The notes below the pieces were generated by a model. The model was given only the letters and a program-made list of their open reading frames with translations, made no database searches and had not been told where the DNA came from. Source: Schizochytrium sp. TIO01 (taxonomy: Eukaryota > Protista > Bigyra: Labyrinthulomycetes). Taken from it: a stretch of DNA of 64,000 bases. A program made the translations under genes and the position numbers. Below are positions 1-11,004 of the stretch, piece after piece. The DNA is taken from assembly GCA_004764695.1 (NCBI GenBank), contig SMSO01000034.1, positions 1,240,001-1,304,000 of the forward strand, in the 5' to 3' direction. The stretch's first letter is position 1, and each line of letters starts with the position of its first letter.

Positions 1-3000
1 AGAGACTGTGAGCTTGTCTTCCTGAATGCAGGTCTTTTCTTTGCTAAAGACTCGAAAGAGTTTAAGCAGGCTGAGAAATGTGAAACAAAGTTGAACTCAT
101 TATTAGGCTTGGAAGATAGTCCTCATATTCTCCAGGGCATTGCAAAGTCCTTGCGCAAACTTCGATTCTTGCGAGGATCCCAAGAATTATTCGATGAGCT
201 CATGGAAGGTCACGCAGAGATTGTCGCACGCCTTGAAGCGCTTGACTCTGCGGAGTCTGATACGTTTCAGAGTGTTCTTGGGAATGAGAAACTGACGTTC
301 AACATCATTCGTTCAAGAATTATTAGTGGTGAATATGAACGTGATGCTGAGGCCTCTTTTCGTCGAACTCAACGCAAAGGATCCGGGGGTACGGCCAATC
401 CAAAACAGCGTGGTCTTGGGTTTGCGCGGGATATGCGTACAATTATCACTGCCTATCTCGCGGTATTTAACCCAATTTCCCTTGAAGCTGAGCAGATCAA
501 TGGCTTGAGTATTGCATTTGAACGTGGGTTTGCTCCTCTGCTGCACGATCTCAGTGTTTCTCGAATGGTTTGGCTCGGCGAGCGCATATTTGTTGCGAAT
601 CAATTACGTGGACTTGTGCCAGCCCTGGTAGCAGGGTCTGCGTACTCTAACAGCACCTTGGCGTTTCGTGTTCTTATGCATCCAGCGCAGGAACGAACAA
701 TGTGTCTTTGGACGCCGGAAACACTGCAGGACTATGAGCTTGAACTCGGGCGTATGAACATTAGTAAAGGAGCGAAGCAACGCTCCCGTGCCGCTTTGGA
801 TGTTTCCGCACTGCCTCGCTCTATGTATGGTGTGGACTGGGTCTTTGCGGAGGACTTTGAGTTCGTCACAGCCCTGGAAGCTAAGCTTATGACACGATCT
901 TCCGAGCCCTCCACACTTCAAAAGAAGAATGTTATGAAACTCGGGGCTTCATTGCGTTCTGACGTTCGGCAACTCGATGCCAAGCGCAAGGAAGTCCTTA
1001 ATGCAGAAGTTGCGGCAGGTAAAAAGATTCTGTCGAAGCTACAACCCTCATCAAACCCCGATGCTAACGGCGAAGCCGCTCCAACTGCACGTCGTCGTGC
1101 TCGTAAGATGAAAATTATCACTGGTGATGTTTCACTCTCTTCGAATCCTATTCGCAGCAGCCTTGGCACTATTCCAATCTTAGATATCCTTCGTTCGTCG
1201 AAGGATACTGTACCAGGAGTCGTGCGAGCTCTTGAGAAAGAAGTTTACCTTATGCTTCGCAGTAAGCGAGCCCCGCAACTAACAGAAGAACTCAAAAAAG
1301 ATGACCTAGATACCGCAGTTGGCCTTCCTGACGACCTACCCAAAGGCATTCGGTTTGAGCCTCTTGGTTACGATCGTAATGGAAGTACGTACTGGTATTT
1401 TTCGATGGGATCTTCAGAAGCAGCCGCAGAAATCGGATCTTTTGTTTTTGTCTGCCTGTCTATCGAAGGTCAGGAGAAACTAGAGCAAGATTTGCTATCG
1501 ATGCAAGGGCAAGCGGCCTCGATCTTCCCTACTTCGTCGGCCGACAGTATTGGTCAGCAAGGGTTGTGGCTGATGTATTCTTCCCGTGCACAGATTGAGG
1601 CTCTCCTAGCAGCTTTGTTCAAAGGCCCAGAAGAGGAAAAAAGAGTTTATGACGCATTGTTAGGTCACTACAAAACTATGATTGCGTCCATGTGGCGTTC
1701 AGGAACTGAATACATGGCACTTCCTTTTACTTCATCTCGATCTGAATCCGCACGTGTGCGCGTGTTTGAAATTAATAATAAACCAGACATAGCAGTGCAT
1801 CTATCAAGTACCCCACTGTCTTTTGGAGGCGCACCACTAATTGTAAATATTTGTGAGCGAACTCCTGTCGCACGTGAGGTAAAGAACGCCAGTGCCGGTA
1901 CAAGAAATTTGTCAGAGCTCCACAGTGCGCGCAAAGCCCAAGCGACTCCTCTACGTGTGGGCGATGTACTCATGAGCATTGGAGACTTCTCATGTGCAGG
2001 GATGAGCCCTGAAGAGGCTGCGAGTACGTGGGCCCGCGTTACCTCTCAAACTTCATCAGAGCCAATACGCGTTACCATATACCGCCCAAAAGAGGAGGCT
2101 GCCCAGCAAGCACTTGCATTCTGCCGTGACGGTGATGTGGCTGTCGCCAAGTACGCACCGCAACAACTTGTACGGTGTGTTGTCCCAGTTGTTGTGGCAA
2201 ATCACTCTGCCATGATTGACCTCGTGCTTGCTTTGGAAGCGCACTTGTGGTCAATGGGTGCTGCAGAACCCCGCATCCTAAGTGTTGTTGAGGAGTGGCG
2301 GTGGCTTCATAACTGGGGTCAATGGAAGTGGCCTTCTCGTCGTTCATCCTGGCACAGACGTGTTTCAGATCTTGGCAAAGACATTGACTTAGGAAAGACA
2401 TCAGGCCAAGATGCAACCAATCTCGTCGCTGCCGCCCTAAGATCTATCTGCCGTGCCTACGTATCCACAATGCCACCTGTGTATGGTAGCATTGTTTATT
2501 CAGACCCAGGTCGCATTGACTCCGCGGCTGAGTCTCTGCTTCAGCGCAGTCGTGATCTGTCTGTTTACACCTTTGACTACTCACGGCCCTCGTTTAAGAT
2601 ATCTAGCGCGATTTACGGGCTTCCCGTAGAAGCAGAGTGGCTTCGTGAGCTAAATTCTGTTGAGTCACTCTCTCATCTTTCGCTGCTTGCATCTTGGCTT
2701 TATATTGAGTCAGTGGCAAGATTTACCTCGGCAACTCTGGTGGCGGATCTTCTCCAGACTCGCTCTTTGCAATTTGAGCGCCTCAAAACAAGCACCTCGC
2801 GGCGCTTGCGCAAGTATCGTATTACCACTACTCAACCGTGGCAACGCTTATTTTATAAGCAGCTAATGATTCGTGAAAAGCTGCGAGAGCGACTCTCACC
2901 TGATGAGCTGGCGCAAGTCCGGGATATTGAGAGCGGGCTTAGTGTAGTTCCTGGTACAGGCTTGCCGCCAAAGTACCGCGAGAAGAGGAGAAGAAGAAAG

Positions 3001-4206
3001 AGGGGATCTTTGGCGGCTGGAGAAAGTATCGAGAGCAGAACAAAGCTTAATGGCAGTGTCCTGGTGTTATCGCAGGAACATGAGCAAAAGGTCGGATCAA
3101 AACGCAAGCGTCCTACTTCGGTTATGGATAATGACCCTTCAGAGGCCAAACAAGCGCGCATTACACAAGAAGATGCCAATCCTGAAGATCCAAAATCCGC
3201 GATATCCAGTATTACGCCAGTTCCAACAGCCTCTTCGGCTCCATCATCGACTCCGGCACCTGCTGTCAGCGAAACACCAGTAATTGATTCCGAGGTTGTG
3301 AAATCACTCCAGAGCATCAAAGAGCGTGTCTCCTGTGCTGATGACATTGACTCTGAAACTGAGGACGAAATTCGCGATTTGCTTAGCCAGAAACCAAAAA
3401 GGCGTTCTGCTTGGCTTATGTTTGTTGTTGATGAACGCCAAAGGCTGCATCAACCTGATGGTACAAACTATATGACCCTTGACATCACCCATACAACGCG
3501 CGTTTTACGTGATAAATGGCGCGGTCTCAGTGAATCTGAACGCCAAGCGTGGCAACAAAGTGCGGAGGATTATAACAAGGCAAGCAGGAAGATCTTTGAT
3601 CAGTTTCAAAAGCTAGGTAAAATGGCTGAACAAGCGCGTCTCGCAAAGCGGTCTGGCCATCGGCCGCGACGAAGCACCAAACCTGTGCATTTGTTGGAGA
3701 AAACTAAGGTGTTTACATCAACTGAAGCGAAGACTGATGACATGGTCCAAACAAAAACGAAAGAGTATAAGAGTCATAAGTCTTCTGGTCAGCAAAGCGA
3801 GTTTCAGGGCCTATCGCGGTCTAGAGGTCGCTGGAAGGTTGATATCCTTTGCCCGGATGGAATGATTCGCCAAGTTGGTCGCTTTGATCATGAGGTGGCT
3901 GCTGCAGTGGCTTATGATATGGGCCTTCGGATGCTCTACCCCCTACGTGTTGCAGAAGCGCTTGCAAACTTTCCATTTGAAGATATTGTAAAGGCCCTCG
4001 AAGGACATTTACCAGACATCGCAGACTTTGAGATTCGTGTGCATCGTGGTGTTGAAGCTGCTGAAGCTCGTCGCGAAAATGGAGATGGTGCTGAAGAAGT
4101 TGATGACGATGACGATGAGGATGAGGATGACGAAGACGAGGAAGAAGAAGAAGAAGATGATGATGAAAATGACAACGAACTTCTGGATGAAGATAACCAG
4201 AAGTAA
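1..4206 (+). CDS. BAZ/ACF1-like chromatin protein (bromodomain-like x2, WHIM/WSD, PDZ-like, HMG box, AP2, acidic tail); 5' end lies outside the window
   Basis: Frame is open from base 1 (RDCELVFLNAGLFF..., the end of a bromodomain). Second bromo-like unit LTFNIIRSRIISGEY...FARDMRTII. WHIM2 RFEPLGYDRNGSTYWYF at 1351 and WHIM3 WLMYSSRAQIEALLAAL. LRVGDVLMSIGD is PDZ-like. KPKRRSAWLMFV...W is an HMG box at about 3391. SEFQGLSRSRGRW...GRFDHEVAAAVAYD...NFP is an AP2 domain at about 3796-3975. Confidence 0.85.
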   Translation, partial: RDCELVFLNAGLFFAKDSKEFKQAEKCETKLNSLLGLEDSPHILQGIAKSLRKLRFLRGSQELFDELMEGHAEIVARLEALDSAESDTFQSVLGNEKLTFNIIRSRIISGEYERDAEASFRRTQRKGSGGTANPKQRGLGFARDMRTIITAYLAVFNPISLEAEQINGLSIAFERGFAPLLHDLSVSRMVWLGERIFVANQLRGLVPALVAGSAYSNSTLAFRVLMHPAQERTMCLWTPETLQDYELELGRMNISKGAKQRSRAALDVSALPRSMYGVDWVFAEDFEFVTALEAKLMTRSSEPSTLQKKNVMKLGASLRSDVRQLDAKRKEVLNAEVAAGKKILSKLQPSSNPDANGEAAPTARRRARKMKIITGDVSLSSNPIRSSLGTIPILDILRSSKDTVPGVVRALEKEVYLMLRSKRAPQLTEELKKDDLDTAVGLPDDLPKGIRFEPLGYDRNGSTYWYFSMGSSEAAAEIGSFVFVCLSIEGQEKLEQDLLSMQGQAASIFPTSSADSIGQQGLWLMYSSRAQIEALLAALFKGPEEEKRVYDALLGHYKTMIASMWRSGTEYMALPFTSSRSESARVRVFEINNKPDIAVHLSSTPLSFGGAPLIVNICERTPVAREVKNASAGTRNLSELHSARKAQATPLRVGDVLMSIGDFSCAGMSPEEAASTWARVTSQTSSEPIRVTIYRPKEEAAQQALAFCRDGDVAVAKYAPQQLVRCVVPVVVANHSAMIDLVLALEAHLWSMGAAEPRILSVVEEWRWLHNWGQWKWPSRRSSWHRRVSDLGKDIDLGKTSGQDATNLVAAALRSICRAYVSTMPPVYGSIVYSDPGRIDSAAESLLQRSRDLSVYTFDYSRPSFKISSAIYGLPVEAEWLRELNSVESLSHLSLLASWLYIESVARFTSATLVADLLQTRSLQFERLKTSTSRRLRKYRITTTQPWQRLFYKQLMIREKLRERLSPDELAQVRDIESGLSVVPGTGLPPKYREKRRRRKRGSLAAGESIESRTKLNGSVLVLSQEHEQKVGSKRKRPTSVMDNDPSEAKQARITQEDANPEDPKSAISSITPVPTASSAPSSTPAPAVSETPVIDSEVVKSLQSIKERVSCADDIDSETEDEIRDLLSQKPKRRSAWLMFVVDERQRLHQPDGTNYMTLDITHTTRVLRDKWRGLSESERQAWQQSAEDYNKASRKIFDQFQKLGKMAEQARLAKRSGHRPRRSTKPVHLLEKTKVFTSTEAKTDDMVQTKTKEYKSHKSSGQQSEFQGLSRSRGRWKVDILCPDGMIRQVGRFDHEVAAAVAYDMGLRMLYPLRVAEALANFPFEDIVKALEGHLPDIADFEIRVHRGVEAAEARRENGDGAEEVDDDDDEDEDDEDEEEEEEDDDENDNELLDEDNQK

Positions 4207-4428
4207 AATATCGTTTCTGCTTTTGGAACATTCACTTTCTATTTGACGTAGCAATCTAAACATTTTGATGTAAATCATATTTTTCTTATTCAATTTACTT
4301 AAAATATTATATCCGGAGGTTGAGAACGTTGAAGTATTCCCTTTAGCTTGGGGCAATAATTGAGAAACATTGGTGCTATTTTCTCAGCTTTATTGCTGGA
4401 TAGTGATTTCAAAATGTATTTTCACATT

Positions 4429-5046
4429 TTATTGGCTTTGTGGTTGACTTGTATTCTGGAGTGCGACAATGTGATACTTTGCGTCACCACTATCATCATA
4501 TTTTGGTGCGCACATTATTTCTTGCTTTTTAGCCCGAATACGAAAATATAAAAGTTCGTTCTGTGGGTCGAGATCTCGCACTACTCCCCTCGCAAGATTT
4601 GTCAGCTGACTAAAACGGTCAGCGTATGTTTGCGCAGAGTCTTTAGTCATGCCTTGACCCTTACGATGAATTTCGTAATGCATTTCACCCTTTTCATCAA
4701 CTTTCTCCGAGCCACAAATGACAAACCCAACTACACCATCGCGAGATTGGATTCGTTCGATTGTTGTCTCGGCATCCACGGCACTACCTGTAGGCTATCA
4801 TAAATATATTTTGGAGATGAGGGTAATACAGCGTATTAAAAGAGAGGTCACAAGGAAGAGATAAAATCGTACGTCAAAAAATCACGTTAGTTTGTCACAT
4901 TCTGCACAAGATACCACGATTTGCAAGAACCACATGCATGTACAAAAGACCCTGACTCCACACGTCTGGGTTGGTGTGCACGATATTGTGCTGATCCTCT
5001 CTGCACAAGTCCCACTCGCACTTGAAGCGTCGATCAAACATACCAT
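4429..5046 (-). CDS. DYNLRB: Dynein light chain Roadblock/LC7; 2 exons (5046-5044 ATG only; 4794-4429)
   Basis: ETTIERIQSRDGVVG...LARGVVRDLDPQNELLYFRIRAKKQEIMCAP is typical Roadblock. The junction caagATG|gtatgt ... tgatag|CCT is phase 0 and gives MPTGSAVDAET. Confidence 0.9.
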
Positions 5047-5532
5047 CTTGATTTAGTTACACTCGAGTGTGAACGAACCCCTGCAGCTACTATCAAAACC
5101 TTTGTTGAAGGGTCTGCATGCAAGAGCAAGCAATTGAGGTCTGTTGAAAGCAACTCTCTGCACTCCCAATACTTATGCCAGAACCTGCGTCAATACGGGG
5201 AGAGGCAGAGTACCTTTTTAAATCAATTCATTCCTTTCAAGCACTCAACGGCACATCATTAGAGGGCCCCTAAGTTACGCGCTCTTAGTCTGCCTTCTCA
5301 ACGGCTACAAAAGGAGAAAAGCTGAAGTTTTGTACGAAGGACCATTCGTGCCAAGACCTGAGACTGAGAGCGGCGTTCGACTTGTGTCTGAACGCTGCGA
5401 GCAAGCCTGTGGCTAGCGACAGCAGAAAGGGGTCAAGAGCGTGACCCTAGTATAGATTGGCTTTGAACAAGGAATTGGTTTTTTTCATTCGTGTTTTAGC
5501 TCTTGGACATATTAGGCAGGCAAGGAAGCGCT

Positions 5533-6432
5533 ATGAAGAAGCGGCGAGACCTGATGCAAGCGATCAAGGAGGACTCGAGGATCAGCTCGCTTGAGGGTAA
5601 CTTGCGAAGGTTGACTTCTGAGGTAGAGGCATACAGGCGATTCTCGGAGCGAAGTCAAGAGCAAATAGGTAGTAAAAACCATGAAGAGCAGCTTCAGCAA
5701 CTTTTACAAGATGAACAACAGAAGACTGAGGAACTTCGAAAAGAGCTTGCAAAAACCCGAGAGGATTCTGCTGCCCGGCAAGAAGAAGATAAGCATGCCC
5801 AGGCTGCTGAGATCAGTGCTTTGCAAGAAGAGGTCGCGAGGCTCCAAGCTGAGCTTGAAAATAGCGAGGCAAAAACAACGGAGGCATTGACTTCTGCACG
5901 GATTCATGGAGGACCGGCTACAGAAGCTAATGCTGCTCGTCGAAAGCAAATGGAGAACGATTTGAGGCTTGTAGAAATCAAATGTAAAGATTTAGAACGA
6001 AGTCGCGACCGGGAAAAACGTCGCGCAGATCGTGCCGAGGAAGAGGTGAAGTCATTACGCGAGCAGCTCAATGACTTACATCGAGAGCAACGAGTAAAGG
6101 ATGCGCAACTGGACTCAATGCGTACAGACCTCCAGGACCTTTTGGCTCGTGATGACCGCGAGTCTAAATCCCAAAGTGGAGGTACCACAGCGTTTGACAA
6201 CGGCAGCATGTCTGCACGTAGCACAAAGTTTGTTGATAATGAATGTGTCGGCAACGAGAGCGAGTGCGACGAAGAGTTCGACAGCGCCCTCGCAGAAGAA
6301 ATGGAGTCTATGCGTTGTTCATATGAATCCAAGCTTGGAGCCCTGCAAGAGGAACTTGAGGATAAGAAACATGAGCTTAAGGAGCTTCGAAATGAGCTTA
6401 AAAACTCCAGGCGGCCACTTGGTGGGTTCTAA
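5533..6432 (+). CDS. Coiled-coil protein of unknown function (5' end uncertain)
   Basis: About 300-codon ORF rich in E/K/R/Q/L heptads; first ATG at 5533; an upstream exon is possible. Confidence 0.75.
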   Translation: MKKRRDLMQAIKEDSRISSLEGNLRRLTSEVEAYRRFSERSQEQIGSKNHEEQLQQLLQDEQQKTEELRKELAKTREDSAARQEEDKHAQAAEISALQEEVARLQAELENSEAKTTEALTSARIHGGPATEANAARRKQMENDLRLVEIKCKDLERSRDREKRRADRAEEEVKSLREQLNDLHREQRVKDAQLDSMRTDLQDLLARDDRESKSQSGGTTAFDNGSMSARSTKFVDNECVGNESECDEEFDSALAEEMESMRCSYESKLGALQEELEDKKHELKELRNELKNSRRPLGGF

Positions 6433-6929
6433 GAACAATTTCACGAAAGTATATGCCGTGCATGAGCAGCAATTTAGTTTTCATAGTTCGGGCGGCATAG
6501 TTCCATTTTCCTGTCTCTAGACTAATTGCCAGGCGATGTACAATTTTCACAGTATTCTACGATAGCTGGCTTCGCTAAATCAATTCTTCAGAATGAAAAA
6601 TCAACTGAACCTCATTTTTAAATAAGAAAAAAAAGAGACAGAGAGAGAACCACTCACACTACACCCGTGATGAGGCAAAGTAAAATGGTTTCTGATATGT
6701 AAGGGAATAAACAGCGATATATAGGGTACCCATTGAGCAGATCTGAAATACTAAATGTGTCACATCGAAAGTAAACGAAATCGGGAAAAGAAGAAGATGT
6801 CTGTTTGTTTAAAGTTTTTTTTGTTTTTTTTTAATTTAAAAAATGAAGAAAAAGAAGAAGAAAAAGAAGAAGAGAGAAATTCTCCTCTTCTCACGAGCAA
6901 ATCTAAAAGAGCACTAGCCATCTGCAACG

Positions 6930-7529
6930 ATGTCTTCCGGGGCCACGGCAGGTGCAAGCGCCACGGAGTCAGGACCAAGTACCTCTCCGCTGCCATCCTC
7001 GATATCTGACAAGCTCGAAGCTGCGCAGAAGCTTAAAGATGAAGGCAACGCATTGCTTCAAGCAGGCGAACTCCGGCAAGCTGCTCGCAAATATCGCACA
7101 GTCTTTCTGTACGTCAACGGCCTCGTCGGAAAAGGAGACAATGTAGCGCAGTACACTCCACGTGAGGACTTATTGAATGACGATCAGCAGAAGATCATTT
7201 TAGATCTAAAGGTAACGGTATACGCAAATCTTGCATTAGCCTATCTGAAGTTAGAGGAGCCCGCGAAGGCCGTGGATGTGGCAAACCGAGCTTTGGAGAT
7301 AAATCCAGATCATGTCAAAGCTCTCGTGCGTAAAGGCCAGGCCCTTGTGAAGCAGAAGGACTTTGATAAGGCCAAGGCGTCGCTTCTGAAGGCAAATAAA
7401 TTGGAGCCGGAGAACAAGGCAATCCTAGTTGAGATCAGTCGATGGAAAGCGGCATATAAAACTTGGAGCCAGGAGCAGCACGAGAAGCAAAAGAAAATTT
7501 TCGGTGGAGCGCTTGCTGGAAGCAAATAA
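6930..7529 (+). CDS. TPR protein, TTC9/FKBP-type three-TPR domain
   Basis: AQKLKDEGNALL, YANLALAYLKL, ALEINPDHVKALVRKGQA, ANKLEPENKAI and C-terminal KQKKIFGG. Confidence 0.85.
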   Translation: MSSGATAGASATESGPSTSPLPSSISDKLEAAQKLKDEGNALLQAGELRQAARKYRTVFLYVNGLVGKGDNVAQYTPREDLLNDDQQKIILDLKVTVYANLALAYLKLEEPAKAVDVANRALEINPDHVKALVRKGQALVKQKDFDKAKASLLKANKLEPENKAILVEISRWKAAYKTWSQEQHEKQKKIFGGALAGSK

Positions 7530-7860
7530 TCAAGGGTACCTCGGTTCGGAGCGATGTAGGCTACTGCTGTATTTATCTGTGAAGCACTACTTCGAAAATC
7601 ATATCTTGTTAGGACATGAAAATTTATCAACCAGTACTAAAATTGTCAGACCTTTTAAATTCTTATTTGTTTCATTCATTGTGCTTGTTATTTAGTTCAA
7701 GTTCTGTCATTTGCTTGTTCGCTTGATAAATTAGATACTGGACGGAGCTGGCCAGCTCAGACGGCTGGTTAGTTGAGCTCCCTTGATATAACTTGACTTG
7801 ATTTGCAAGAAGAAGTAAAAACTGTGAAGTGAAGAACGAAGAGAGAAGATATTAAAATAA

Positions 7861-10800
7861 TTATGCACGCATAAAAAGGTCGTAGATATGCTGCAAAGCG
7901 GGTGGTAGCAGAGGATCGTTAACAGCCTTTCCAGAAGTAGCGTTCGGAGTTGAAGAAAATTTCTCTTCGTTGTGTTGGCCCGTTATGTTTTCTCCATCTT
8001 CTTCACCTTGTTCAGAATTTGTCTGCAATACAGGACTCGATGAATTCGGATGCACAGGCTGTCCATGAACTGGCATCGCTATACTTGAATGAAAAACAAG
8101 ATACTGTAGCTCTGCGCCTCTGGTAATGAATGTATCTGCTTGAAGATCTGCTGAGGACGTGCCTCCACATAAAGAGAGCCCCGCAAGCCCAGGGATTTTT
8201 TCATGTGCAATTGATTCCTCTACCTTATGTGCAAGGTCCCAGGCGTGGACTGTATTAGATCCGTCAAGTACATAGAATGCACTTGCACAACGGTTTGACC
8301 ATACAATGTTGCATACACTGGCATAACCTGACCCTGATGACGCACTTTGGGTAGTGGTCATGTCCCACTTCTTTAATGGCAAGGCTCTATGCACTTCATA
8401 TAGTGCAAAGGCGCCAGAATCAAACCCTGCAAGGAAAAAATCAGGAAGAAAGTGATTGAAGCAAATGCATGTCACAGTTGGCCCCGTGTGACTGAGGCCC
8501 ACGCTAGATGGCAGGGATAAATGCAAACTCGACCCTTGCTTATATTGGCGAGGGGCGAGAACTTGGCCGAATCGAGACGCGTGAAGAATACGGCCATCTG
8601 AACTTCCCATAACGACACGATTAGAAATACCTGGTTGAAATGCAGCAACACTTGCAAAGCCTGATGAAAACGGATCTTGAGATGCGCCTCGTCCCAACAT
8701 ATCAATTTTCGCCATATGATGAAAGCGAAGGTTCCCACTCATATGCATACCAGAATCTTTTGAAGTTGAGTCGCTATTGTTAAGTATGTCCTCGACATCC
8801 CATGCCTTTGGGGCACTATAGTGCATGATTGACCAAATATGCAGTAGACCATCAACGTCTAGCGATGCTACTTGAAATCCAAGTTGAGTGGTTGACACGG
8901 TAGCGGCGTTGGAGATAAGATGAAGATCGCATATTTCTGCAGTATGTGTGCGGTCTAAGGACATTTCACCAGCCGTAGAATATGAAGGAGGCAAAGGATT
9001 CGTTACTGAAGCAACTTGGATCGAGGGCTCGATTCCACGCAAATCCCACGCAAACAAAGTTCCATCATCCATACCAGCTAATACCACCGATACGGAACCT
9101 GGGCTTAGTACAGCTTTCTTTGCAACTCCGATGCATGACATATACCACTGAGGCTCTGATGATGAAACTCGAAGATCCCAGAGACAAAGGATGGAGCTCT
9201 TAGAAATTCGCATAGCTTCGCCCTTATCTGTTACTGCCTCTTCGTCGACAACATCATCTACATGGCAAGGGCCATGTACAGATACAAAAACCTTGCGTAG
9301 CGAATTTGACGTTACCACGTCATTGATTGAACGACTCTTTAGAGCCAAACCTGGTGTATAGGACCGAATGACAATCTTTTCGTCAATCAGATTACTTGAC
9401 TTGGATGGTTTGGGGGTCTTTGTTGAAAATTGGGGATCATACATCACGTTGTTCTCCTCGATTGTTGCAATACACATAAGTTCGAGTTGCTGTAGGATAC
9501 CAGCATCGACTTCGCTTTCAAATTCCTCAATTTCAAATTCGTCACCGTGGGAAACCTTTTCTTCGGATCCAGAAAGCGCAATTTGCTTTTCTTCATTTTC
9601 GTCGATATCTGTTTGAATATTGGCTGAGACCTTGTTAACCTGACCTGCGGACTCTTGATCTGTATATGCATCAGACATTGGGATTTCCTCGGTCTGTATT
9701 TCTATCTCAGTGGCATCATCGTTTGTCTGTGTGAATGCCTGACGCCGATTTCCACCTGCCGCAACGCTTCGCATATAAAATTCCCATGGAGGTAAGGAAT
9801 GTTGCTCAAAGATATCAATCCTAACTTTTCGAAAAGTAACACGTGATCGAATCTCCTGGCATCTTCCGCCGGTACCTCCCATTGAGACTCCAACTTCATT
9901 TTCGCTTTGATCAAGCGTCTGGAGGCCTTCACGGTCACCACGGCGACTTGAATTTCGGCGCGGAGGTTTCCGTAGCTCACGCTTAAATGCGCCTTTGGTT
10001 GGTGTGGATGTTTTTGCGGGCGAAACGAAATTTTCTTCGTCTACCTCTTCGCCGGCTTTACGAATCTGTGGAGCAAATGGATTCGATTTTTTTCTGCTTT
10101 GCGTCTTAGGCGATTTGGCTGATAGACGATGTTGCAAGTCACCTGTATTTATAGAAGCGTTTACCTTTGATTCGGGTTCATCAGGGGGGTCTTCAAAGTC
10201 ATCTCTGTAGTCTTCAAAGTCATCAGCATAAGAATCTTCGTCATCTGACGCCTGCTGGCGACTTTTCGATGATTTCAGAGCTGTACCTAGATCGTCACTT
10301 CCTACTTTATGTTCGTCATTTTGTGACTCCATGCGAATAGCATCCGCAACCGCAATGGAGCTGGATTTTAAAGGTTTTTTCTTTATTTTCTTGGGCGTGG
10401 AGAGTTGATTGACAACGGCTTCCTCCCTGAAGTGCCGCTCTTCCTCCTCCAAGGTTTTGTGCGAGACGAGGCCTGCAATCTCATGAGCAGATGAGCGATG
10501 GTGCCGTGATGAAGAACGTGTTTTTGAGACCAGACCATGTTCGCTCGCTAAAAGCCCGTCATCATGAGGATGTGCAGATGAAGAGTGGCGCGAAGATCTC
10601 TTGTGCATAGCTTCTGCTTCATTTGATGACGAGGCTGCTCCATCCACGGAGAAATCAATGGTGGGTTTCTTCTTCTTCTTCTTCCCGGGCATTAACTTTT
10701 GCGGCGAGGCTACGTTTAATGGGCTCGCAAGCTTGGCTGCAGCGGCATATTCCGCTTCTATGGCGAAATGCTTTCTTGAGCTGGATACTGAGCGTGAAGA

Positions 10801-11004
10801 TGGCCCTGCGTTATCCTTGCTGCCATGCGTAGACGATCGATGCTGTTCTGATGCGCCATACTTCCCTAGCTCTTCTGCAACTAAATGCTTCGTAGACGAC
10901 TTTCGTTTGGTCTTTGTTGAACTTTTCAGCTTAGCAAGTCCATCGCTAACGGTGTGAGAGCCTGTTGTGGATGGTGAGCTACGGTGAGACCGAGAGGACG
11001 ACAT
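7861..11004 (-). CDS. WDR60: Cytoplasmic dynein-2 intermediate chain WDR60-like
   Basis: Low-complexity N-terminus, then QAFTQTNDDATEIEIQTEEI (LC8-binding QT motifs), then WD40 repeats (LCLWDL, GMDDGTLFAWDLR, PSYST, FQVASLDVDGLLHIW). First ATG at 11004. Confidence 0.8.
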   Translation of the reverse strand: MSSSRSHRSSPSTTGSHTVSDGLAKLKSSTKTKRKSSTKHLVAEELGKYGASEQHRSSTHGSKDNAGPSSRSVSSSRKHFAIEAEYAAAAKLASPLNVASPQKLMPGKKKKKKPTIDFSVDGAASSSNEAEAMHKRSSRHSSSAHPHDDGLLASEHGLVSKTRSSSRHHRSSAHEIAGLVSHKTLEEEERHFREEAVVNQLSTPKKIKKKPLKSSSIAVADAIRMESQNDEHKVGSDDLGTALKSSKSRQQASDDEDSYADDFEDYRDDFEDPPDEPESKVNASINTGDLQHRLSAKSPKTQSRKKSNPFAPQIRKAGEEVDEENFVSPAKTSTPTKGAFKRELRKPPRRNSSRRGDREGLQTLDQSENEVGVSMGGTGGRCQEIRSRVTFRKVRIDIFEQHSLPPWEFYMRSVAAGGNRRQAFTQTNDDATEIEIQTEEIPMSDAYTDQESAGQVNKVSANIQTDIDENEEKQIALSGSEEKVSHGDEFEIEEFESEVDAGILQQLELMCIATIEENNVMYDPQFSTKTPKPSKSSNLIDEKIVIRSYTPGLALKSRSINDVVTSNSLRKVFVSVHGPCHVDDVVDEEAVTDKGEAMRISKSSILCLWDLRVSSSEPQWYMSCIGVAKKAVLSPGSVSVVLAGMDDGTLFAWDLRGIEPSIQVASVTNPLPPSYSTAGEMSLDRTHTAEICDLHLISNAATVSTTQLGFQVASLDVDGLLHIWSIMHYSAPKAWDVEDILNNSDSTSKDSGMHMSGNLRFHHMAKIDMLGRGASQDPFSSGFASVAAFQPGISNRVVMGSSDGRILHASRFGQVLAPRQYKQGSSLHLSLPSSVGLSHTGPTVTCICFNHFLPDFFLAGFDSGAFALYEVHRALPLKKWDMTTTQSASSGSGYASVCNIVWSNRCASAFYVLDGSNTVHAWDLAHKVEESIAHEKIPGLAGLSLCGGTSSADLQADTFITRGAELQYLVFHSSIAMPVHGQPVHPNSSSPVLQTNSEQGEEDGENITGQHNEEKFSSTPNATSGKAVNDPLLPPALQHIYDLFMRA

